Positions 1-11,898 of a stretch of DNA of 64,000 bases are shown piece by piece. Within the stretch, counting starts at the first letter, position 1, and each line of letters starts with the position of its first letter. Below the pieces are notes generated by a model. That model made no database searches. It was not told the DNA's origin and saw only the letters and a program-made list of their open reading frames with translations. This stretch comes from Nemertoderma westbladi. Taxonomy: Eukaryota > Animalia > Xenacoelomorpha. The stretch is taken from contig JAUCBJ010005734.1 of the NCBI GenBank assembly GCA_032718475.1, positions 1 to 64,000 on the forward strand, in the 5' to 3' direction. The position numbers and the translations under genes are program-made.

Positions 1-1008
1 GTCGAGCGTTACGGGGCGGCGTGTGAGGCCGTATACGGTAAAGGGGGGATTCGTTTCACTTTCGAATTCTCGAACACCAGTTCAGTGTTCCTGGACTTAG
101 AGTTAGTTTTGGAGCCGGGTCGGGGAATAGTGAGTTCGGTTTATTTTAAACCGCTCACTAGAAGGTTGCCCATTCCTGGATCCAGTTTGCACGACCGAAA
201 GGTTCTGCAGGGTGTGGTGAAGGGCCAGCTGACACGTTTTGCGAGGTTGACAAGGACAACCAGGGAGTATGAGAGTGCGAGGGACCGTTATTTAACGGAT
301 TGCTGGGTGTCCGGGTATAGTGAAGGGTTTTTGAACGAGGCCCGGGGTTGGGACCCGGAACGGTTACGGGACTCGACTGGTGTCAACCGGGAGGGCAGGG
401 TCCAGGCGGAGAAGGACAAGTTTTACTTTGGGGTAGACCGTAGGTTCGCTGAGGTCGTTAAGCCGGTCATGCGGCGGTATCGGCGGGTGTTGGGAGAGAG
501 TGGGATGGGAGTTGCGTGCAATCTTTACGCGGGTCGGAGTTTGGGTAATATGTTGGTTCAGAAGCGGCCGCCGGCTAAGGGGAGGGGAAGCAGTAGATGC
601 GGGTCCCGGGCGGGGTGCAAAACATGCGACGCCATGTTCGACATGGCCCGAACCCCATGGGGTGAGAAGATTAAAGGGGTTTTCACGTGTTTGTCCCACG
701 GGGTACTTTATCTGTTGACCTGCACCAACCACCCGGGGGGGTATTATTTGGGCCAGACTGAGCAAACCATTAGGGATAGGATGACGGGACACCGATCGGC
801 CATGGGCAGGTACGTGAAGGAAGTGCACCCTGACCAAGAGAACATGGGGGAGTATGTGCTGTTGGATCACTTTGCCCAGTGCGGGTTAGGGTGTCTCAGG
901 GTCACGGGGTTTAGGAGCTACAGGTCGGACGAGGATAGGATCCACGCCGAGGCGAACTATATTTTCAAGTTTAGGCCCCCATGGAACAGAATGGTCCCGG
1001 CGGTTTGA
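1..1008 (+). CDS. 3' part of PLE ORF (RT thumb + GIY-YIG endonuclease), upstream copy
   Basis: Same frame and sequence as the C-terminal part of 2359-5709. Confidence 0.9.
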   Translation, partial: VERYGAACEAVYGKGGIRFTFEFSNTSSVFLDLELVLEPGRGIVSSVYFKPLTRRLPIPGSSLHDRKVLQGVVKGQLTRFARLTRTTREYESARDRYLTDCWVSGYSEGFLNEARGWDPERLRDSTGVNREGRVQAEKDKFYFGVDRRFAEVVKPVMRRYRRVLGESGMGVACNLYAGRSLGNMLVQKRPPAKGRGSSRCGSRAGCKTCDAMFDMARTPWGEKIKGVFTCLSHGVLYLLTCTNHPGGYYLGQTEQTIRDRMTGHRSAMGRYVKEVHPDQENMGEYVLLDHFAQCGLGCLRVTGFRSYRSDEDRIHAEANYIFKFRPPWNRMVPAV

Positions 1009-1024
1009 CACGGTCGGGGTTATA

Positions 1025-1888
1025 GTTTGGTGTTTGGGCGCGATTTGTGCCGTTAATACTGCCATGTGCCTTTTGTACTGTATATACAAATTTAGTTTCA
1101 GTTAGATTTGCCTCGATTTAGCTTTAGTATCAGTTACCTGTTGGTTCTTTGGTTTGGTGTTTGGGCGCGTTTTGTGCCGTTAATACTGCCATGTGCCTTT
1201 TGTACTGTATATACAAATTTAGTTTCAGTTAGATTTGCCTCGATTTAGCTTTAGAATCAGTTACCTGTTGGTTCTTTGGTTTGGTGTTTGGGCGCGTTTT
1301 GTGCCGTTAATACTGCCATGTGCCTTTTGTACTGTATATACAAATTTAGTTTCAGTTAGATTTGCCTCGATTTAGCTTTAGTATCAGTTACCTGTTGGTT
1401 CTTTGGTTTGGTGTTTGGGCGCGTTTTGTGCCGTTAATACTGCCATGTGCCTTTTGTACTGTATATACAAATTTAGTTTCAGTTAGATTTGCCTCGATTT
1501 AGCTTTAGTATCAGTTACCTGTTGGTTCTTTGGTTTGGTGTTTGGGCGCGTTTTGTGCCGTTAATACTGCCATGTGCCTTTTGTACTGTATATACAAATT
1601 TAGTTTCAGTTAGATTTGCCTCGATTTAGCTTTAGTATCAGTTACCTGTTGGTTCTTTGGTTTGGTGTTTGGGCGCGATTTGTGCCGTTAATACTGCCAT
1701 GTGCCTTTTGTACTGTATATACAAATTTAGTTTCAGTTAGATTTGCCTCGATTTAGCTTTAGTATCAGTTACCTGTTGGTTCTTTGGTTTGGTGTTTGGG
1801 CGCGTTTTGTGCCGTTAATACTGCCATGTGCCTTTTGTACTGTATTTACAAATTTAGTTTCAGTTGGAGTTGCCTCGATTTAGCTTTA
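1025..1888 (+). repeat. 127-bp tandem repeat (~6.8 copies) in PLE 3' UTR
   Basis: GTTTGGTGTTTGGGCGCG... recurs at 1025, 1152, 1279, 1406, 1533, 1660 and 1787. Two shorter derived units follow at ~1890 and ~1972. Confidence 0.95.
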
Positions 1889-2286
1889 ACATAAGGCTCT
1901 CTGTTGTTAATACTGCCCTATGCCATTTGTACTGTAAATAGTATTTCGTACTGTAGTTGTTATCTCGCATACATAAGGCTCTCTGTTGTCAATACTGCCC
2001 TATGCCATTTGTACTGTAAATGGTAACGCACGGCCCTGCCTGATCACGTCTCGGTGCCAGACTGATTGATTTGTTTCTATGACTAAGAGTTCAGTTGTTT
2101 ATTTATGTTGTCAGCTCTACGGACCGGTGCTGCACGCTTCTTATAACCACATAGCAACCGTACTGCCGTAGGCGGAGTGTTGTTATTTGTACTGTACATA
2201 TACATCGGTTTTATACATCGACTGGTAGTCTATTTCAGTATTTGTTAGTGTTTTCTGTTTGGCCTAACTGTAGTGCAGTAGTTTTT

Positions 2287-2323
2287 GTGCTGATGATGCC
2301 CCAAAGGGGAGAAATTAATCCAC
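2287..2323 (+). ncRNA. Minimal type I hammerhead ribozyme in PLE pseudo-LTR
   Basis: GTG-CTGATGA-T(G)CCCC-AAA-GGGG-A-GAAA-TTAA-TC-CAC: core CUGAUGA/GAAA, stem II CCCC/GGGG, palindromic stem III ATTAAT, UC cleavage site, stem I GTG/CAC. This is the typical PLE hammerhead form. Confidence 0.85.
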
Positions 2324-2358
2324 TGTTTACATAATTATACTGAAGTGTTTATTGGGCG

Positions 2359-5300
2359 ATGAAACTCCTTGTTGTTTTAATAACTGTCACGATGTATACA
2401 AACGCCCTGAAGTCGGCATGTCACTTTACTAATAATTTCAATGTTAATACTGGAGTGAAACGTGACATCCGCACGTGGTTCGTGACCAGACAGAAATTAA
2501 TTAGATTACCCTTGCAAATAGACTTTATGAAACGATGTAGGTCCAAAAATCTAACTCCAGCTTACCTAGCAGGGGTAGGTGGCCGAGGTTTAACGCGGCA
2601 TGCGGGTTTGATGGACAGGTACGTGAACAGAGCGCTGACAATGGATATCGCTTGGTACCACGATATCCTGAGGCGTGAACGCGCGCGGGAGGGTCGGCTA
2701 TCAAGAGGTTTTACGCAGTTCATCCAGGGGAAGATAGGAGCCGGTGTAGACAAGACGGAGGACTGGACCTGTCTGTCGAAGTTCGTCGAATTTTGGGTAC
2801 GTCGGATCGGGGCCCAGGAGGAGGTTGAGAGAAAGCGAATTCTCGATCGGAAGCTAGGAGCGCTTTCGGCGACTAGTTCAAGACGAGTTAGGGAGGAGAA
2901 GGTTCCGTGGCTGGTACCCGATAGGATTGCACATCGACCTTTCGTGGGCCGGGACGACCTCGTGGGAACCGCGAAGGAAGTCGACAACGTAGTCAATCTC
3001 TCCTCCAAACCCATCTCGGAGGAGGCTAAACGGGTGTTATCTTTAGGATTTAGTTTTGTGCCGAGAACACGCGTTGTGGAACAGGACCGGATGGACGCAC
3101 ACACGTCGATCTCCAAGTTGGGAACGAGAATCCGTAATGCGATCAGGCGAAGGAACGCCAGACTGGAGGATACAGTTCAGGTAGAGAAACCCAGCCGGGA
3201 TGAAGCCGCGAGCGGGGCGGTTGGACCGCGGAGTAGTGATGAGGAGTCGGTTATTTCATTTGCGGTCACGCCGGGAAGGGGTCGCCGGTCGGGCCCGGAG
3301 TTGGGAGCTGCGCCGAGTGCGACAATAGAAGACTGTACGGCAGCGTTTGGGGCTTTAGTTTTGGGTAACCCGCCAACGGGAGTGGCCCGCAGACTATTCG
3401 CATGCTCCACCCCTGTGACCCCGCCGAGCGGGGAAGGACCCGGGGCGGGTTCCGGTTCTAGGGAGTGTTTAGAGATGTGCGATGAGGTTTCGAACGGTTT
3501 ATCGACAGCTGCGGGGTGTGTCAGCACCCCGTCGCGGAGCGTGGGGGGGGTATTTCCCAAACGTGGAGGTGGCCCGCACGTCCCGATGGAGCGACGTATC
3601 CCCGAGCTAGGGGCGACTAGAAATAGGGATGGTGAGGGCAGTGGGAGGGCGCCATTGGACTATAGGCAATTATACGTTCCGAGGAAGTTCCGGTACGTCG
3701 CACCAAGGGTCGAGGACGAGGCGGTGGAGGGATTTATGGCGGAATTACATAAGGCGATCGACGGTGCCGACGGGAGGGCGAGCGGTGTTGGCCGAGGCGG
3801 GGAGGGTGTGGGTATCTCAGAGAAGGATTTGAGACTGCTGCGGGAACTTAGGGGGGATAAAGAACTCGCTTTCGTTAGGGGAGACAAGACAGGAAACGTC
3901 GTTGTTGTAGACAGGGAGCTGTTGGATTTAGAGATGAGGAGAAACGTTGGCGACCGTGAGATGTTCGAGAAGTTGGACGGTGATCCGACTTCGAAATATC
4001 GGGATGAACTCTATCGGACGGTACAGAACATGGCGTTAGAAGATAAGGACTTAAGTTCATACCTGGTTCCGAAGAACCCAACTCAGGGTTATGTGTTCCC
4101 TTTAGTTAAGGACCACAAACCGGTTTCTGAGTGGATCGACTGGGGAGGGGGCAGGAAGTTCCCGAAGGTTAGAGCTATCGTATCGTCGAGAGGAACCCTA
4201 GCGGAGAGGGCCGGGAAGTGGCTAAACTCGGTCCTTCAGCCTCTAATGTTGAGGATGCCCCACTACGTGCAGGATTCGCGTTCGGCAAGGGAGGCGGTCC
4301 CGAGCCGCCCATTGTCCACGGCAACGTTCATGTCTTTGGACGTCGTGGACATGTACCCCTCTGTAGACCACGATGTCGCCGTGCGCGCGATCGAGGCGGT
4401 GATTGGGGAGAATATGGAGATTTTGGAGGACTCTGGGTTTACTTTGGGGCAGGTTATGCTTATATTAAAATTTGTGCTGACTCGTGCATATTTTGGGTTT
4501 GAAGGTGCTTTTTATGTTTTAGTAAAGGGTCTAGGGATGGGAGGCCCCTCGGGGAAGGTTCTGGCGGTCCTGGTGGTAGACCGTATCCACACCCACGTGG
4601 GTTTGGTTGCCAGGTTCAGCGCCATATATTTCAAAACGTTTGTGGACGATGGCGAGGCTATTTGGGATGGGGAATTGGACGACGCCGTGAAGGAGGCGAT
4701 CGTCGAGCGTTACGGGGCGGCGTGTGAGGCCGTATACGGTAAAGGGGGGATTCGTTTCACTTTCGAATTCTCGAACACCAGTTCAGTGTTCCTGGACTTA
4801 GAGTTAGTTTTGGAGCCGGGTCGGGGAATAGTGAGTTCGGTTTATTTTAAACCGCTCACTAGAAGGTTGCCCATTCCTGGATCCAGTTTGCACGACCGAA
4901 AGGTTCTGCAGGGTGTGGTGAAGGGCCAGCTGACACGTTTTGCGAGGTTGACAAGGACAACCAGGGAGTATGAGAGTGCGAGGGACCGTTATTTAACGGA
5001 TTGCTGGGTGTCCGGGTATAGTGAAGGGTTTTTGAACGAGGCCCGGGGTTGGGACCCGGAACGGTTACGGGACTCGACTGGTGTCAACCGGGAGGGCAGG
5101 GTCCAGGCGGAGAAGGACAAGTTTTACTTTGGGGTAGACCGTAGGTTCGCTGAGGTCGTTAAGCCGGTCATGCGGCGGTATCGGCGGGTGTTGGGAGAGA
5201 GTGGGATGGGAGTTGCGTGCAATCTTTACGCGGGTCGGAGTTTGGGTAATATGTTGGTTCAGAAGCGGCCGCCGGCTAAGGGGAGGGGAAGCAGTAGATG

Positions 5301-5709
5301 CGGGTCCCGGGCGGGGTGCAAAACATGCGACGCCATGTTCGACATGGCCCGAACCCCATGGGGTGAGAAGATTAAAGGGGTTTTCACGTGTTTGTCCCAC
5401 GGGGTACTTTATCTGTTGACCTGCACCAACCACCCGGGGGGGTATTATTTGGGCCAGACTGAGCAAACCATTAGGGATAGGATGACGGGACACCGATCGG
5501 CCATGGGCAGGTACGTGAAGGAAGTGCACCCTGACCAAGAGAACATGGGGGAGTATGTGCTGTTGGATCACTTTGCCCAGTGCGGGTTAGGGTGTCTCAG
5601 GGTCACGGGGTTTAGGAGCTACAGGTCGGACGAGGATAGGATCCACGCCGAGGCGAACTATATTTTCAAGTTTAGGCCCCCATGGAACAGAATGGTCCCG
5701 GCGGTTTGA
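2359..5709 (+). CDS. Penelope-like element polyprotein, 1116 aa (RT + Cys linker + GIY-YIG endonuclease), intact
   Basis: VVNLSS..LSLGFSFVP, RGDKTG, SLDVVDMYPSV, GLGMGG, FVDD, FLDL, YFKP; Cys-rich linker RCGSRAGCKTC; GVLYLLTC...YYLGQT...R...H...E...N endonuclease. Confidence 0.95.
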   Translation: MKLLVVLITVTMYTNALKSACHFTNNFNVNTGVKRDIRTWFVTRQKLIRLPLQIDFMKRCRSKNLTPAYLAGVGGRGLTRHAGLMDRYVNRALTMDIAWYHDILRRERAREGRLSRGFTQFIQGKIGAGVDKTEDWTCLSKFVEFWVRRIGAQEEVERKRILDRKLGALSATSSRRVREEKVPWLVPDRIAHRPFVGRDDLVGTAKEVDNVVNLSSKPISEEAKRVLSLGFSFVPRTRVVEQDRMDAHTSISKLGTRIRNAIRRRNARLEDTVQVEKPSRDEAASGAVGPRSSDEESVISFAVTPGRGRRSGPELGAAPSATIEDCTAAFGALVLGNPPTGVARRLFACSTPVTPPSGEGPGAGSGSRECLEMCDEVSNGLSTAAGCVSTPSRSVGGVFPKRGGGPHVPMERRIPELGATRNRDGEGSGRAPLDYRQLYVPRKFRYVAPRVEDEAVEGFMAELHKAIDGADGRASGVGRGGEGVGISEKDLRLLRELRGDKELAFVRGDKTGNVVVVDRELLDLEMRRNVGDREMFEKLDGDPTSKYRDELYRTVQNMALEDKDLSSYLVPKNPTQGYVFPLVKDHKPVSEWIDWGGGRKFPKVRAIVSSRGTLAERAGKWLNSVLQPLMLRMPHYVQDSRSAREAVPSRPLSTATFMSLDVVDMYPSVDHDVAVRAIEAVIGENMEILEDSGFTLGQVMLILKFVLTRAYFGFEGAFYVLVKGLGMGGPSGKVLAVLVVDRIHTHVGLVARFSAIYFKTFVDDGEAIWDGELDDAVKEAIVERYGAACEAVYGKGGIRFTFEFSNTSSVFLDLELVLEPGRGIVSSVYFKPLTRRLPIPGSSLHDRKVLQGVVKGQLTRFARLTRTTREYESARDRYLTDCWVSGYSEGFLNEARGWDPERLRDSTGVNREGRVQAEKDKFYFGVDRRFAEVVKPVMRRYRRVLGESGMGVACNLYAGRSLGNMLVQKRPPAKGRGSSRCGSRAGCKTCDAMFDMARTPWGEKIKGVFTCLSHGVLYLLTCTNHPGGYYLGQTEQTIRDRMTGHRSAMGRYVKEVHPDQENMGEYVLLDHFAQCGLGCLRVTGFRSYRSDEDRIHAEANYIFKFRPPWNRMVPAV

Positions 5710-5725
5710 CACGGTCGGGGTTATA

Positions 5726-6589
5726 GTTTGGTGTTTGGGCGCGATTTGTGCCGTTAATACTGCCATGTGCCTTTTGTACTGTATATACAAATTTAGTTTC
5801 AGTTAGATTTGCCTCGATTTAGCTTTAGTATCAGTTACCTGTTGGTTCTTTGGTTTGGTGTTTGGGCGCGTTTTGTGCCGTTAATACTGCCATGTGCCTT
5901 TTGTACTGTATATACAAATTTAGTTTCAGTTAGATTTGCCTCGATTTAGCTTTAGAATCAGTTACCTGTTGGTTCTTTGGTTTGGTGTTTGGGCGCGTTT
6001 TGTGCCGTTAATACTGCCATGTGCCTTTTGTACTGTATATACAAATTTAGTTTCAGTTAGATTTGCCTCGATTTAGCTTTAGTATCAGTTACCTGTTGGT
6101 TCTTTGGTTTGGTGTTTGGGCGCGTTTTGTGCCGTTAATACTGCCATGTGCCTTTTGTACTGTATATACAAATTTAGTTTCAGTTAGATTTGCCTCGATT
6201 TAGCTTTAGTATCAGTTACCTGTTGGTTCTTTGGTTTGGTGTTTGGGCGCGTTTTGTGCCGTTAATACTGCCATGTGCCTTTTGTACTGTATATACAAAT
6301 TTAGTTTCAGTTAGATTTGCCTCGATTTAGCTTTAGTATCAGTTACCTGTTGGTTCTTTGGTTTGGTGTTTGGGCGCGATTTGTGCCGTTAATACTGCCA
6401 TGTGCCTTTTGTACTGTATATACAAATTTAGTTTCAGTTAGATTTGCCTCGATTTAGCTTTAGTATCAGTTACCTGTTGGTTCTTTGGTTTGGTGTTTGG
6501 GCGCGTTTTGTGCCGTTAATACTGCCATGTGCCTTTTGTACTGTATTTACAAATTTAGTTTCAGTTGGAGTTGCCTCGATTTAGCTTTA
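5726..6589 (+). repeat. 127-bp tandem repeat, second PLE copy
   Basis: Same array as 1025-1888, offset by 4701. Confidence 0.95.
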
Positions 6590-6987
6590 ACATAAGGCTC
6601 TCTGTTGTTAATACTGCCCTATGCCATTTGTACTGTAAATAGTATTTCGTACTGTAGTTGTTATCTCGCATACATAAGGCTCTCTGTTGTCAATACTGCC
6701 CTATGCCATTTGTACTTTAAATGGTAACGCACGGCCCTGCCTGATCACGTCTCGGTGCCAGACTGATTGATTTGTTTCTATGACTAAGAGTTCAGTTGTT
6801 TATTTATGTTGTCAGCTCTACGGACCGGTGCTGCACGCTTCTTATAACCACATAGCAACCGTACTGCCGTAGGCGGAGTGTTGTTATTTGTACTGTACAT
6901 ATACATCGGTTTTATACATCGACTGGTAGTCTATTTCAGTATTTGTTAGTGTTTTCTGTTTGGCCTAACTGTAGTGCAGTAGTTTTT

Positions 6988-7024
6988 GTGCTGATGATGC
7001 CCCAAAGGGGAGAAATTAATCCAC
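6988..7024 (+). ncRNA. Minimal hammerhead ribozyme, second copy
   Basis: Identical to 2287-2323. Confidence 0.85.
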
Positions 7025-7094
7025 TGTTTACATAATTATACTGAAGTGTTTATTGGGCGATGAAACTCCTTGTTGTTTTAATAACTGTCACGAT

Positions 7095-10000
7095 AAACGA
7101 TTGTGCTATAACTGCCTCAGGCGAGGACATCAAAGGAAAACCTGTTACTCCGACGCGAGGTGTGCTAAGTGTGGCGCGAAACATCATATCTTGCTGCATA
7201 CCGAGTTTGATAAGACTCGGACGAGCCAGGTGAGTGAGCCCGAACTACATGTACAATTCAGTGATGTGAATGACACTGACCATAATTCGGAGATGGAAGG
7301 ATTCTACACAGATGAATTTTCTGACGAAAATGAATCCTGTTATATGGTCAACATAACCATATATCAAGCACTTACGTATGAGACCGAAACGGAGGGAGAA
7401 GACCACCGACTGTCTATTCTGGATCGACAGCTCTCATGGAAAAGTTCAACACCATCTGTCGGTATCCAAGAGTTCCCCATGGTGCAACTGAGAGTACATG
7501 GAATAAGGAAGAGCTTAATAGTGAATGCCCTCCTTGACTCCGGCAGTACAGGCACCTTTATTGACAAACACCTAGCCGAAGATATCTTTGTTGGTCAACC
7601 AAAGTTCCGAACCAAACTGAACCTTTCCAGGATTATGCAGGTTTGGAAATCCATGGTATCAACCGACTACTACGTTGGATCATTGTCTACTCCCCAAGAT
7701 GAACTAGTTGAGAATAGTGTAAGGTCAGTTAAAATGGTGGCTATAAAGAACTTTGCTACTAGCCAAGTGGAGCCTTACAACTGGGATGAAGACCATTTTA
7801 CCCAGCAATATAATATACCTAGATTCAGTACCGATTATCCAGGAGTACAGATACTACTCGGCCAAAACACGCACGAGGCGCTTGAGACAATAGAAAAACA
7901 GCCTGCTCGACCGCAACCACTCCAGACCTACACGGGAAGAACGAGAGTAGGTTGGTACTTCACGGGACCTTCCCACAGGACTTTGCAAGAAAGACTTCCG
8001 AGAGAGCAAGTCCATCAGGTAAGTGAGTGTGAGGAAAACCTAAGTGAAGAGGAGATCCCAGCTGAGGAAACCCCATGCTCCTCAGATAACGATGGTATAC
8101 AGATTCTGTATGATGAGGAGAATACTATTGAACTTCTCACTGAGAATCAAACTTGGTCAAACCAAGTTAATTTGTGTAACCTTATCTGTCAAAACAGCGA
8201 ACGAATGACTTACGACGACGAACTAAATGAAGCGGTAGAGCAGTACAATAGTAAGATACGTGATGAACACACAGTACGATTCTTTACTCAAGAAGCTGTA
8301 GAGCCTAATTCCTACGACAAAGCGTTATCCGTCAAGGAAGAGAGAGCCAAGCAGATTCTGGAAACGACTACACGTTATCTGAAAGAGTAGGGTCGTTATG
8401 AAATTGGTCTGCCTTTCAGACGGAGAGAACCCAGCTTCGTTAATAACCGACTTTTAGCGGAAAAAAGAATCGCACAACTACATCGGCGTTTGACGGCTAA
8501 CGATCGAGCCAAAGAGATGTATAAGACTCAATTAAAGAAGTTCATAGACAAGGGGTACGCGGAGCGAGTTCCAGAAGAAACACCCATAACGGAGAGAACG
8601 TATTACTTGACACATCATTACGTTTCCAAGCCGGTAAACCAAACAAAGTCCGTGTAGTGTTTGACGGCTCCGACCTTTATATGGGACAATCCCTAAATTC
8701 AGAACTGTTACCGGGACCCAACTTACTCCAATCTTTGTTGGGAATATTATTACGACTGTGGCAATATTCAATAGCCTTCGCTTCCGACATTGAAGGCATG
8801 TTTCGACAAGTTAAAGCGTTAGCTAGGGATCGAGATAGCCTACAATTTCTGTGGTAGCCTGAAGGAGACCTCAACCGAAAACCGGTGGAGTACTGGATGA
8901 CAATCCAGGCTTTCGGGATCATATTGAGCCCCTCGAACGCTTGTTCGGTAGTGCGCACCACTGCCGATGATAATAGAGACGCCTTCTCTAAAGAGGTTAT
9001 CGATAACATTAAACGGGATATTTACATGGACGACAATCTAAAGTCCCTCCCATCGGTAGAAGAAGCAATCGATGTTACCAAGGGAATGGTAGAGTGCTTA
9101 CAATGCGGTGGATTTCGCCTAACCAAATTCACTAGTAACTCCCGTGAGTTCCTGGAATCGATCCCAGTAGAAGACTGAGGTGTTAAAGACCTTGACCTCA
9201 TTAAGGACGATCTTCCAGAAACCAAGACTCTTGGACTGAAATGGGACACGGAGAGAGATATTTTATTATTTCAACTGAAGCAACGAGATTAGTAGAAATT
9301 AGATTAGCAGTTAGAAATAAACGGATTTGTCTGAGTATTCTGAGCACTTTCTTTGATCCGTTGGGATTCATTAGCCCAGTCATACTATTTGCTCGGAGCT
9401 TAGTACAACAAATATGGCTCGAAAACCACTCCTGGGATGATCCACTCAAGGGAGAACTGCTAAAGAAGTGGATGAAATGGGAGGATTCTTTTCCATCTAT
9501 CGAGAACTTTAAGATTTCCCGCTCGTATTTCGGCCACGTTCTCCCCACGTATTCCTATCAACTCCATGTTTTTGGAGATGCCAGCGATATTGGAATAGGT
9601 ATAGTAGCCTACCTGAGGGTTGAAACTCCCGATGGAATTAAAGTTTCATTATCCGCCTCCAAGGCCCTAATAAACAACAAACTGCAGGTTCCCAGAGCGG
9701 AGTTAAAGGCGGCTCTATACGCTACAGCCATTGGCCGGAATGTAACGGAACAGATCGACTACCCACTAGCGAAAACTGTCTATTGGACTGATGCTTTACT
9801 CATTCTGGAGTATATCACTAATGAAGTCTGTCAGTTCAGCGTCTTTGTTACCAACAGAGTAGCCATTATACTCAGTCACTCTAATATAGATCAATGGAGA
9901 CATTGCCCTGGGACGATTAATCCAGCCGACATCGCTTCCAGAGGAACAACTCCTCAAGAATTGATAGATACTCCAGACTGGTTAGGTGGACCCGACTTCC

Positions 10001-11380
10001 TAGGTAAAGAAGAGGAGGAATGGCTCCCTCATCTCACCACAGGGGAGATTAGACAAGCCAAGGGAGCAGAGAAAGGTAAACCGAAAACCCGGACGAGTAA
10101 ATCAAAGCTGTTTAAGCCAGCGATAGATCTGTCTGTTCTACACAACGCCGGTGATGCCACTGTGGATCTAAATTCATACATGGATGTTACTCTAACTATA
10201 AATAAATCCATTATAGAAATAAGGGAAAGAGACTGGAAATATGGAACACCAGACGTCTCCCAAGGACTCTCTCCTCTCATACACTGGAATCGGCTTTGCA
10301 AAGCCATTGTGTATTTGAAAAGATATTTCCATCATCACTATTCCAGGATGAAGATTGCTAATGATATCGCTCCAGTAGTAGCTGAAAAGGTCCATGCTAC
10401 TAAAGACCTTCCCACTTATCGGCTGCCTGATAGGTTTCTGACTGAGAAGATCAGTTACCAAGAACATGATGATACTAACAAGCAGATACTGAGACTCCTA
10501 CAATGTTACGAGGATTCCGATAAGTATTTCCTGTTGTTAAGAAATCCACAGATGCGCTTAAGGGATCGTTTCTCTAGCACAATGATAGATGGGTTAATAC
10601 GTGTCGGAGGGAGATTAACCAATGCTCCATTGTTCTTTGACACTAAGTTTCCCATACTCATTAGAAATCTTGAAATACAAATCAAGATGATTGTAGATGT
10701 TCACAGTAAGCTTTACAACGCTGGTAGAGAACGAGTTCTTAACGAAATTTGAACTCACTATTATTTCCATAAGCCCCATAGAGCTCTAAACCAAGTTCTT
10801 AGGAACTGTATACCCTGTAGGAAAGCATTTAGTAGGCCTTTAACACAGCGAGAGGCAGAATTACCTAGGGAACGAGTAAGCTGTTATGAACCACCCTTTA
10901 CTAATACTGGTGTAGATTTATTTGGCCCTATTGAAGTATATCGTGCTAGGACTATAGTCAAGCGATGGTGCGTCATCTTTGTCTGTAGAGCTTGTAGAGC
11001 GATCCATCTCGATATGGTGAATGATCTATCTACCAACAGCTTCATACTGAGTTTACGCCGACAAATCGCTCGTTTTGGGACTAGCAACATTTCATTGGCG
11101 CCAATAACGAGATCAAAGCTTATGTGAAGGATTGGAACCAAAGACAGGTGGACGATCAGCTAAGAATAACAGCATCTAGCTGGATCTTCAACTTTGGTTG
11201 GTGGTTGGTGGGGAGGAAGTTGGGAGAGACTCATACGTAGCATAAAGACCGCATTTCACTTTATAGTGCCGTGCAGCGCGTATCTCACCGACGAACTTTT
11301 GCGTACGTTAATGGAGGAAATCGCCGCCTATCTCAACGAGAGACCGCTTATGCCAGTCTCATCGAGTCCCGACTCCCTAG
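7095..11380 (+). pseudogene. BEL/Pao element A gag-pol (Zn knuckles, protease, RT, RNase H, truncated integrase), decayed
   Basis: CYNCLRRGH..C..C..H, LLDSGS, YMDD, FDPLG, VFGDAS, NPADIASRG, TGVDLFGP, GGSWERL; many stops and frameshifts; domain order PR-RT-RH-IN. The 5' part is displaced by the PLE array. Confidence 0.92.
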
Positions 11381-11898
11381 AATATATATATATAATATTT
11401 GATAAATATTTACAACGTTTGTTATAACAAATGTTAAAATAGAGGAAATGCTAACAAATCTGTTAAACCTTTAGATCCTCTAAAATTTTAGTCGATTAAG
11501 ATATCGTAGTACTTACCGATACTTTTAAAAGACAAATTTCTGGAATTAAGGATCCTAGTCCCCAGACATGTTCTGGAATAAAACTATGTCTATTTACAGT
11601 ATACAGGACTGGGCTATTTTCCGTGCACCAGGACTGGGGGGGGGGGGGGGGGTTGATTCCACCCTCCCTTCCATTTTGGATAATTACAGGCCATTTTTTT
11701 TTAAAATTGGTAGTAATGTGAAAAAATAAATACCTAGCTCGTGTGTGATAAAAAATTTTATTTTCGAGTTATGGGTGGCACCGAAACGGCACTTTTCATG
11801 CACCCACTAAAAAAAATAAAATTTCAGTAAAACAAGTCAAAAAGTCACTTTCCGCCCGGTTTTATGGGTTTTCGACCCCACTGAATCCTACCTGATGG

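Larger units (their letters stand above)
1..7094 (+). mobile_element. Tandem array of Penelope-like element (Neptune-like), 4701-bp period; upstream copy runs off the window
   Basis: 1-2393 matches 4702-7094 (only one substitution noticed, 2016 vs 6717). It encodes RT + GIY-YIG. Identity stops at ...GTCACGAT (7094), where BEL/Pao sequence resumes. Confidence 0.95.

Noticed and set aside
2339-2370. Second hammerhead-like motif CTGAAGT...GAAAC
   Set aside because: The core deviates (no CUGANGA) and there are no convincing stems.
7053-7094. N-terminus of the 445-aa ORF
   Set aside because: Chimeric: PLE terminal sequence read into the Pao Gag knuckle.
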